From positions 6,135 to 70,134 of the forward strand of contig CAZGGF010000276.1 in assembly GCA_964524715.1 (NCBI GenBank): a stretch of 64,000 nucleotides of DNA, read 5' to 3'. Source of the stretch: an uncultured Verrucomicrobiota bacterium (GTDB lineage: Bacteria > Verrucomicrobiota > Verrucomicrobiia > CAIQCK01). Both the position numbers and the translations under genes were made by a program. This document shows, piece by piece, positions 18,731 to 25,882 of this stretch (within the stretch, counting starts at the first letter, position 1; each line of letters starts with the position of its first letter). The notes under the pieces are model-generated. The model did not search any database and was not told where the DNA came from. It worked only from the letters and a program-made list of their open reading frames with translations.

Positions 18731-19608
18731 GGGGTCGCCTTCAAGGGTTCGAGGTCCAGTTTCCGATACACAATCTCCGCCTCCTCCGTCTGGATCAGGA
18801 TTCGGCCCTCGGTCATGCTGCAATCCTTCGCTTCGTTGACCAGCGTGCCGTTAACGAAGTAGGTGAAATCGCCACCGCGCACAATCGCTTCAACGTGCGT
18901 CCACTCCCCCATCGGCGACTCGACATCCTGTTTGCCGCGGAAGCCAACTTCGTCCTTCCAGTCGGGGTCGCGTCCCCACCAGTTCAGGCGGAACGCCTCG
19001 AACGGCCGCAATTCGGCGTTCTTGTCAAAGACCGGCTCGCCGTCGCGGTCCTTGCTGTAGCGCGCGCGAAGTGTCGTGCGCGAGAACGTGCCGTCCTCCA
19101 TCCAGCCGCTCAACACGAGGATATCACCCACGCCACCCTCGATGACCTGCAACTCGATGCCCTTCATCCAAGGCGACTCGAGCTTGCCCGAGAACTTTGC
19201 CTTGGGGGACATGGCGCAGTTGCCCGGCCGGCCCGTGCAGTGCAGCAGCAGGCCGTTGTCGCGCGCCTTCTTCTCGCGCTTGCCCGACGTAGCCCCTGTC
19301 CAGCGAAACTCCATGACCAACCGGTAGTCGCGATAGCTGTTTTTCGTGATAAGCCCGCCATAACCATGGCCGGTGACGCGCAGCAATGGCCGGCCCGTGG
19401 CGTCCTTTTCCATGCGGAAAACCTTCTCCGGGTCGTTGTTCAGACCGAGCCCGGCGATCCACGTATCGAACTGCGCCAGACAATCCGGCGAGTCATTCAC
19501 CAGGTGGATCACCTGCTTTGGCGTGATGGCGGCGGACTGGCATTTGTCGGCGCCGAAGGCTGACAACGCCATTACTTGAAGAATGACTGCGATGACACAT
19601 GTTCTCAT
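18727..19608 (-). CDS. DUF1080 (3-keto-disaccharide hydrolase-like) domain protein, secreted
   Basis: Start set at MRTCVIAVILQVMALSAFG (19608). YRDYRLVMEFRW...NGLLLHC...GIELQVIE...WTHVEAIVRGGDFTYFVNGTLVN...GRILIQTEEAEIVYRKLDL matches the DUF1080 jelly-roll pattern. Confidence 0.7.
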   Translation of the reverse strand: MRTCVIAVILQVMALSAFGADKCQSAAITPKQVIHLVNDSPDCLAQFDTWIAGLGLNNDPEKVFRMEKDATGRPLLRVTGHGYGGLITKNSYRDYRLVMEFRWTGATSGKREKKARDNGLLLHCTGRPGNCAMSPKAKFSGKLESPWMKGIELQVIEGGVGDILVLSGWMEDGTFSRTTLRARYSKDRDGEPVFDKNAELRPFEAFRLNWWGRDPDWKDEVGFRGKQDVESPMGEWTHVEAIVRGGDFTYFVNGTLVNEAKDCSMTEGRILIQTEEAEIVYRKLDLEPLKATP

Positions 19609-19645
19609 GAGTGCTTTTCCTTGATCATACGTACTGCCGATTATT

Positions 19646-20836
19646 TCATGTCCCGCCAACAATCGGATACCATTCCGGCCGGCGCGGATCTTGATGGAAG
19701 CGGGCGTAGTAATCGCCCTTCTCTTCGAAGTACTTTTCATAGCGGCGCATCTTCTCCTCGTCGAGCTTTACTCCGAGGCCGGGACCCGTCGGCACGGCAA
19801 TCTTGCCGTCCACGTATTTCATCAGGCCGCCTTCGATGATGTCGTCGGTGAGGAAATGATAATGCGCGTCGCCGGCAAAGTGCATCTCCGGGATCGTCGA
19901 AGCCGTATGCAACATCGCGGCCAGTTCGATGCCAAACTCTGCCCCGCTGTGCATCGCCACGCCGAGGTTGAACGTGCGGCAAACCGCGACAAGGTCCTTC
20001 ACACCGCGCGGACCTTCCCAATAGTGCAGGTCGGTGAGCACGATGTCCACGGCGCCGAGACGAATCGCGGGACCGAGGTCATCGAACTTGTTCGGATACA
20101 TGTTCGTCGCGATGGGAATGCGGATGGCTTTGCGGACGGCTGCGTTGCCTTCAAGCCCCCACGCCGGGTCTTCGAAATACTCCATGTTTACCGGCTCCAA
20201 CCGGCGACCGATGCGCGTGGCGGTGGCAACGGACCACGTGCCGTTGGGGTCCATTCGCAGTCCAAACGACGGTCCCAATCGCTCGCGGCAAAGCTCGACG
20301 ACCCGCGCCTCCTCATCCGGCGGCATCACGCCCGCCTTGAGTTTCATCGAGTTCACGCCGAGCGTTTCGTGCAATTCCTCACAGAAATCGGCCATGTCTT
20401 CGGCGCATTTGTCGTCGCCGCCCTGCGGCCGGTCGTAACGCCAGAACAGGTAGGCAATCATCGGCACCGCGTCGCGCACGCGTCCGCCAATCAAGTCCGA
20501 CATCGGCCGGCCCAGCACCTTGCCCTGAATATCGAGGCATGCCATTTCAATGGCCGCGTAGAGCCGCGAGTTCGACAGGTAGTAGATGCTCCGCAGCACC
20601 TTGAGTTTGATGACCTCGAGATTGAACGGGTCGAGTCCCAGGATGCGCGGCTTCAATTTTGCCATCGCGCCGCGCTGGTCGCCGCCCCCCATCTCGCCGA
20701 GACCGACGATGCCCTCGTCAGTCATGATTTCGATGACGGTCCGCAAAAGATACCCCGGGTGGACACCCGTGTTGTGTCGCAACTGGGCGTTGAGTGGGAT
20801 GGCGACTGTGCGTGCCTTTAGATCAATGATTTTCAT
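19646..20836 (-). CDS. Enolase-superfamily enzyme, glucarate-dehydratase-like (paralogue 2)
   Basis: 396 aa, collinear with 12540-13730 and about 75% identical by eye. Same catalytic motifs: MKLKAG, LRMDPNG, EYFEDP, PIATNM, AMHS. Confidence 0.75.
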   Translation of the reverse strand: MKIIDLKARTVAIPLNAQLRHNTGVHPGYLLRTVIEIMTDEGIVGLGEMGGGDQRGAMAKLKPRILGLDPFNLEVIKLKVLRSIYYLSNSRLYAAIEMACLDIQGKVLGRPMSDLIGGRVRDAVPMIAYLFWRYDRPQGGDDKCAEDMADFCEELHETLGVNSMKLKAGVMPPDEEARVVELCRERLGPSFGLRMDPNGTWSVATATRIGRRLEPVNMEYFEDPAWGLEGNAAVRKAIRIPIATNMYPNKFDDLGPAIRLGAVDIVLTDLHYWEGPRGVKDLVAVCRTFNLGVAMHSGAEFGIELAAMLHTASTIPEMHFAGDAHYHFLTDDIIEGGLMKYVDGKIAVPTGPGLGVKLDEEKMRRYEKYFEEKGDYYARFHQDPRRPEWYPIVGGT

Positions 20837-21593
20837 TGCAAGTCCTGAGCGTGGCGTGTTGATTCAATTCGACGGCTTTGCGGGCCACGAGCCGCTGCCA
20901 TTCTTCAAGTTGTTGTTTGCCATGGCCGTGAATCAGCCCGGTAAGTGTCAGCGCGCCTTCGATTCGCCCCTCGTCGTCCAGCAACGGGGCAGCAATGCCG
21001 AAGATATCCGGACGGTAGGTTCCAAGATCAATGACCACGCCATGGCGGCGCACTTCCTTGACGCGTCGCAGCACGTCGGCCGGCTTCTGCCACTGCCAGC
21101 AGCTTTCGGGAGCGGCCCGAATAACTCGCGTTACTTCCGTGTCATCCAACCCACTGAGCAAAACCGAACCCGAAGCGCCCAGCGTAAGATGGAACCGTGA
21201 TCCCGCCCGCACCGCCAGCGCCATCGGCTCGGCCGAATCCTCCCGCAATACCGTCAGCGCATAGTCGTCTTCGCGGGTGGAAACCTTGCTGGCGACGCCA
21301 GTGCGAGCCGTCAATTCCTGCAATGCATCAGACACCTTGCGGCTCAATAGTTCATGGCGCTGGATACGATGCAGCAGCGGGAACAATCCCACACTCAACT
21401 CGCAGCGGCCATCTCCACCCACTCGAATCCATCCCGCTTGGGCGAAGGTCTGGACGATGCGGTAACAGGTGGCAGGGGCGATCCTGAGCGTGCGAGCCAG
21501 CGAGGTGGCCGTGGGTTCGCATTGCCCGTCCGCGAGAGCGTTCAGCACTTGAATCGCATTTCGCAGCATCGGAATTTGGTAGGCTCGCATCAT
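20823..21593 (-). CDS. IclR-family transcriptional regulator
   Basis: N-terminal wHTH (AIQVLNALADGQCEPTATSLARTLRIAPATCYRIVQTFAQAGWI) plus a C-terminal IclR effector domain. The 3' end overlaps the enolase start by 14 nt. Confidence 0.8.
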   Translation of the reverse strand: MMRAYQIPMLRNAIQVLNALADGQCEPTATSLARTLRIAPATCYRIVQTFAQAGWIRVGGDGRCELSVGLFPLLHRIQRHELLSRKVSDALQELTARTGVASKVSTREDDYALTVLREDSAEPMALAVRAGSRFHLTLGASGSVLLSGLDDTEVTRVIRAAPESCWQWQKPADVLRRVKEVRRHGVVIDLGTYRPDIFGIAAPLLDDEGRIEGALTLTGLIHGHGKQQLEEWQRLVARKAVELNQHATLRTCNENH

Positions 21594-21594
21594 T

Positions 21595-21626
21595 TCAATA
21601 GAGAATGTGTCATCTCAATACAGAAT
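21595..21626. promoter_or_regulatory. Direct repeat TCAATA(G/C)AGAAT x2, 20-bp register, abutting the iclR start codon; candidate operator
   Basis: tcaatagagaat (21595-21606) and tcaatacagaat (21615-21626) match at 11 of 12 positions, in an AT-rich patch of the iclR/ACT-gene divergent intergenic region. Confidence 0.3.
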
Positions 21627-21812
21627 ATACACCAACCCTGTCAACTGTTTTTCTGGACCCCGGCACCGCACCTCCCCTGTTTTCGCCGCCGGCTGGCATC
21701 GAGTATCCGCCAGACTCCTTTGCGCTCATAGTCCACGCAAAGCTTGCGCACGATTCACGGTACTGTAAGCTAACGTGAGTAAACCGAGTGAAATCAACAA
21801 TCAGGGAGCGAC

Positions 21813-22346
21813 ATGCGCCAATATCTTGTGCTTTCAGCCATCGGCCCGGATCGACCGGGCATCGTGAATGCCATCTCAAAGCTGATCTTTGACCACGGCT
21901 GCAACCTTGAAGACAGCCGCATGGCCATTCTGGGCGGCGAGTTTGCCATTGTCGTTCTGATATCCGGCAATCCTGATAAGACTGAGAAGCTCCGGAACGA
22001 TGTGCCGGCATTCGGCAACAAAGCCGGCTTGATCATCACCACCAAACCGACGAGCGCACCCGGTGCCCGCGAGCTGAAGAGCGCCCGGCGCTACACGGTC
22101 CACGCCGTTGGGCTGGACCACGAGGGCATTGTCCACCAGATCACACACGCGCTGGCTTCGCTCGGCGTGAACATTGAGACGCTGGAGAGCACCACCGCGC
22201 CCGCGCCGCACACCGGCGACCCGCAGTTCATCCTCGACATGCAGATTCAGCAACCCGCGCAGCTCACAGAAGAACAAATGCGCGAGAGACTCACCGAGGC
22301 GTGCGAGGCGGTGAATGTGGATGTCGAGATTCTGCCCGTCGAGTAG
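21813..22346 (+). CDS. Tandem ACT-domain protein, GcvR (glycine cleavage system transcriptional repressor)-like
   Basis: YLVLSAIGPDRPGIVNAISKLIFDHGCNLEDSRMAILGGEFAIVVLISG, then a second ACT (YTVHAVGLDHEGIVHQITHALASLGVNIE). A GGGAG Shine-Dalgarno sequence precedes the ATG. Confidence 0.75.
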   Translation: MRQYLVLSAIGPDRPGIVNAISKLIFDHGCNLEDSRMAILGGEFAIVVLISGNPDKTEKLRNDVPAFGNKAGLIITTKPTSAPGARELKSARRYTVHAVGLDHEGIVHQITHALASLGVNIETLESTTAPAPHTGDPQFILDMQIQQPAQLTEEQMRERLTEACEAVNVDVEILPVE

Positions 22347-22421
22347 CTGGCAGCCTTCGACCGTTGACTGTCTGCGGCGCATTCTCGGCTGAAAGCCAGA
22401 AGCTGCCAACCAGGAGCCTGC

Positions 22422-23228
22422 TCAAATCGTCTGCGACAGGAAGCCGCCGTCCACGCGAATGTCGGTGCCAGTAACAAAGCTGCTGGCCTTGGCGCTCGCC
22501 AGAAAGACGCACGCGCCAACCAACTCCTGTGACTCGCCGAAGCGGCCCATTGGCGTGTGTCCCCAGATCGCCTTGGTGCGCGCAGAGGGCGTGCCGTCGT
22601 CGTTGAAGAGCAACTTGCGGTTCTGTTCAGCAGGGAAGAATCCGGGCGTGATCGAATTCACACGCACACCCTTGGTGGCCCACTCACGGGCGAGGAACAA
22701 CGTCAGGCTCACAACGCCAGCCTTGGCAGCGCTGTAACTGATGACACGCGACAGTGGCAAATGAGCACTGACGCTCGCGATATTGATAATACTGCCCTTG
22801 CCGCGCTTGCACATCGCGGGACCAAACTCCTGGCACGGCAGCAACGTGCCGCCAACGAGATTGAGGTCAAAATTCGCGCGCCAATCATCCGTCGAGATGC
22901 TTTCGAAAGGATGATCATTCGTCACGGTGACTTTCGGGTCATTGCCGCCGGCGGCATTGATGAGAACCGTCGGCGCACCCAGCGTCGCGCTGATGCGCTC
23001 ATGCGCCTCCGTGAGGCTGCGCCGGGATACAGCGTCGGATGAGAAGAAACCCGCTTGGCCGCCCTGGTCGCGAATGGACTTCGCGCGCGCTTCGCCGCGT
23101 TCCTGATTGCGCCCCAGCACGGCGACCTTCGCCCCCGCCGCAGCCAGTCCTTCTGCCAGTGCGCCGCCCAAAACGCCCGTGCCGCCAATGACCACTGTGA
23201 CTTCGCCCGTAAGATCGAAAAGATTCAT
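22422..23228 (-). CDS. Short-chain dehydrogenase/reductase (SDR)
   Basis: Start set at MNLFDLTGEVTVVIGGTGVLGGALA (23228). NAAGGN, SSVSA...YSAAKAG. Confidence 0.8.
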   Translation of the reverse strand: MNLFDLTGEVTVVIGGTGVLGGALAEGLAAAGAKVAVLGRNQERGEARAKSIRDQGGQAGFFSSDAVSRRSLTEAHERISATLGAPTVLINAAGGNDPKVTVTNDHPFESISTDDWRANFDLNLVGGTLLPCQEFGPAMCKRGKGSIINIASVSAHLPLSRVISYSAAKAGVVSLTLFLAREWATKGVRVNSITPGFFPAEQNRKLLFNDDGTPSARTKAIWGHTPMGRFGESQELVGACVFLASAKASSFVTGTDIRVDGGFLSQTI

Positions 23229-23397
23229 ATTTATTGTTCCGTTGGTTTCTTGCAGCCACCGCGTTTCTGCGCCATTCACCCGCGCGTGTCAAGGCGCGTT
23301 GTAATCCCGCCGCCGCTTCAACGACAGTCCAGGCACTTCGCTCTTGTAACTCTTGTGCTAATTTTGAACAGTAAGCGCAGCAGCCAAAAAAGCAAAG

Positions 23398-24546
23398 ATG
23401 TCAGACGGAAGCCCCATCTTCTTAGCAACCGTGAAACAGGCGACAATCACCTTCGCCGCCCTCCTCCTTGCCGCCAACGTCTTGATCGGCGCGCCGGCAC
23501 GCGTGAACGTCGGGCCGGACACTGATGAGCCACCGGACGATTTGGTCTGCGAACTGGGCGCGGAACCGGGGGCGGAATCCGTGGACCCGAGCCGCTGGAG
23601 CGGGCGGTTCGGCGGCATCGGCATTCAAATCGGGTTCAACGGCGATGCCGTCACGGTCGATGAAACCATGAAGGATGGGCCGGCGGAGAAAGCCGGCATG
23701 CGCAAGGGCGACCAAATCACACGCATCAATGATGAAATTGCCACCGGCTTGAACGTGAACGAAGTTGTCCGCCGCCTGCGCGGCGAACCCGGTTCGACGT
23801 TGAAGTTGACGGTCTTTCGCGCCACCGGGGGCCAGACTCTCGAGTGCCGGGTGCTGCGTGGCCTCGTCAAAGTGGAATCCGTCCGCGACGTGCAGCAACT
23901 CGCTGGCAAGGTCGGCTACGCACGGCTGATTTCGCTCAACCGTTACACGGGCAGTGATTTGCGCGCCGCGCTAGCGCCGCTCGAACGCGCTGGCGCCCGC
24001 GCCTGGGTGCTCGACCTGCGGTACAATCGCGGCGGACTGTTGCGGGCGGTGCGTGACGTGGCGAGCCAGTTTCTCGAGCCGGCGCAGCCGGCGCTCGTCT
24101 TGCGCCCGGCGCAGGCAGAGGCGCATCAACAGTTTTTCGCAAGCCGTTACGGTCCCCGTCTGAATGGTCCCTTGTGTGTGCTCGTCAATCTCAACACCGC
24201 TGGCGCGGCGGAGGCGCTCGCCGCCGTGTTGCGCTGGCATCGGCGAGCGATCCTCATCGGCGCAAAAACCTGTGGGTTCAGCGACGTTGTCCGTCTTGTT
24301 ACAGACCCCAGTGGCACCGTGTCGCTCGCGCTGCACGGCAACATCACCTCCATGGATGGAAAACGATTTGGAGGCGGTGAAGGTCTTGTTCCCGACACCG
24401 AAATGACCGCGGCACCGGGCGAGGACGCGGCTGTTCAGCAACGCGTTCTGCCAGGCCGGCGCGAAGCTGCGGATCTCACCCACGATCGCATCGTCCAACG
24501 CGCCGTGGCAGTCTGCGTCGAGCAGCTTGAACGACGAAGCCAATAA
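23398..24546 (+). CDS. S41 (C-terminal processing peptidase)-family homologue with PDZ domain; catalytic Ser/Lys positions substituted
   Basis: PDZ: GIGIQIGFNGDAVTVDETMKDGPAEKAGMRKGDQITRIND. S41 core: VLDLRYNRGGLL. The expected GSASASE is NTAGAAE (24178-24213) and the expected TFGKG is TCGFS (24259-24282). Confidence 0.65.
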   Translation: MSDGSPIFLATVKQATITFAALLLAANVLIGAPARVNVGPDTDEPPDDLVCELGAEPGAESVDPSRWSGRFGGIGIQIGFNGDAVTVDETMKDGPAEKAGMRKGDQITRINDEIATGLNVNEVVRRLRGEPGSTLKLTVFRATGGQTLECRVLRGLVKVESVRDVQQLAGKVGYARLISLNRYTGSDLRAALAPLERAGARAWVLDLRYNRGGLLRAVRDVASQFLEPAQPALVLRPAQAEAHQQFFASRYGPRLNGPLCVLVNLNTAGAAEALAAVLRWHRRAILIGAKTCGFSDVVRLVTDPSGTVSLALHGNITSMDGKRFGGGEGLVPDTEMTAAPGEDAAVQQRVLPGRREAADLTHDRIVQRAVAVCVEQLERRSQ

Positions 24547-24566
24547 CGCCTTCCAAAAAGGATGGC

Positions 24567-25709
24567 CTAGAGGTACTCGCTGCCGAACTGCTCCCCCACG
24601 AGTTTGTGCATTTCCTTGATCGTCTCGGCCTGATCGGCGCGGCAAACGAGCGTGGCGTCGGGCGTGTGGATGACGATGAGGTCTTCGCAGCCTATCGTGG
24701 CAATGAGGTGTTTCGGATCGTTGGAAGCAACGAGCGAATTCTTCGTCCGGCGCAACAGATGACGCGCAGCGATGGCATTGCCATCCGCGTCGCGCTGGCA
24801 CGTCTGAGCAAAGAACGGCCACGAACCGACATCGAGCCACTTCAGCGGCATCGGCACCGCCGCGACGCGCACCTTCGGATCGCGCGAGGCCGGCTCCATG
24901 ACGGCAAAGTCCACACTGATCTTCTTCAACGTCGGATAGACTTCCGCAAGCACCGTGTTGCGTCGTCGCGTGTTCCACGCATCGGCAACGCGCATGATGC
25001 CGGCATGGTTCTCCGGCGAATAGCGGCGGATGCAATCGAGCAACGTGTCCGCACGCCAGATGAACATGCCGCTGTTCCAAAGATAACGGTTCGCGCCAGC
25101 CTCGAAGTAACTTTGCACGGTCTTGGCGTCCGGCTTTTCCTTGAACTGCTCGACGACACGCGCTGTAGGCCGCGTGCCCTCACGCGGCGCATCGGCTTCG
25201 CCCGGTGAGGGCACCGGGCCTACAAGCGGCGCGCCGAGCTGGAGATAACCATAGCCGGTCGCCGGCCCGGTTGGCGCGATGCCAAACGTGACGAGAGCGT
25301 TCGGAAATTTCTCAACGACTGCATAGCCGCTCGCGACGATCCGTTGGAACTGGTCCACCGGTTCGATGATGTGGTCGGCGGTGAAAACGGCAATGATGGC
25401 ATCCGGATCGCGCCGTGCGATGACAGCAGCGCTGAAACCTACTGCGTTTAGCGTATCGCGGCCGCAAGGCTCACCCAGAAAACGGTCTCCTTTGAACGCG
25501 GGCAGCGACTTCTGTATGACAGCGCGGTGCTTGCTGGCGGCGCAGACAAACCGCTGTGCCGGCGGCACGAGTCCGTCAAGACGCTCGGTGGCAATTTGCA
25601 GCAGGCTCTTGCCACCGATGAAGGGGATGAGTTGTTTCGGCAACGACTCGCGGCTCATTGGCCAGAGCCGCGTGCCTGATCCGCCTGCCATGATCATTGC
25701 GTGTCGCAT
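24567..25709 (-). CDS. manC: Mannose-1-phosphate guanylyltransferase
   Basis: Start set at MRHAMIMAGGSGTRLWPMSRESLPKQL (25709). GYGYLQLG...EQFKEKP. There is no C-terminal PMI cupin. Confidence 0.8.
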   Translation of the reverse strand: MRHAMIMAGGSGTRLWPMSRESLPKQLIPFIGGKSLLQIATERLDGLVPPAQRFVCAASKHRAVIQKSLPAFKGDRFLGEPCGRDTLNAVGFSAAVIARRDPDAIIAVFTADHIIEPVDQFQRIVASGYAVVEKFPNALVTFGIAPTGPATGYGYLQLGAPLVGPVPSPGEADAPREGTRPTARVVEQFKEKPDAKTVQSYFEAGANRYLWNSGMFIWRADTLLDCIRRYSPENHAGIMRVADAWNTRRRNTVLAEVYPTLKKISVDFAVMEPASRDPKVRVAAVPMPLKWLDVGSWPFFAQTCQRDADGNAIAARHLLRRTKNSLVASNDPKHLIATIGCEDLIVIHTPDATLVCRADQAETIKEMHKLVGEQFGSEYL

Positions 25710-25744
25710 AGTGTATGGTCCGTGACGCGTGATGGGTGACTTGT

Positions 25745-25877
25745 GATTCGCAACTCGTAATCCGTGATTTGCGAATCGAAACCTGCCAGCCACCGTTCCT
25801 TGGCAAACTAGTATACCCTATATCGAACCGCGAGTCACCAGTTACGAGTCAAAGTCACGAATCTCGGATTACGAATC
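25745..25877. repeat. Intergenic cluster of inverted/direct repeats built on CGTAATC/CGAATC words
   Basis: The 9-bp inverted repeat GATTCGCAA (25745-25753) / TTGCGAATC (25769-25777) has a 15-nt spacer. The 10-bp inverted repeat TCGTAATCCG (25755-25764) / CGGATTACGA (25865-25874) has arms about 100 bp apart. ACGAATC is repeated at 25857 and 25871. Confidence 0.5.
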
Positions 25878-25882
25878 CCAAT

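Noticed and set aside
18731-18823. Longer N-terminal extensions offered by the ORF track for several genes (creatininase to 18823, DUF1080 to 19740, SDR to 23279, manC to 25793, proC from 46122, rdgB to 62218, GGCT to 33800).
   Set aside because: The extensions overlap upstream genes or lack signal or domain features. Internal ATGs give canonical N-termini, tight spacing or ATGA coupling.
23971-25080. A 369-aa minus-strand ORF and the 381-aa ORF at 28592-29737.
   Set aside because: They overlap the well-supported S41/manC and AraC genes respectively. Their composition is Arg-rich nonsense, so they are not counted as genes.
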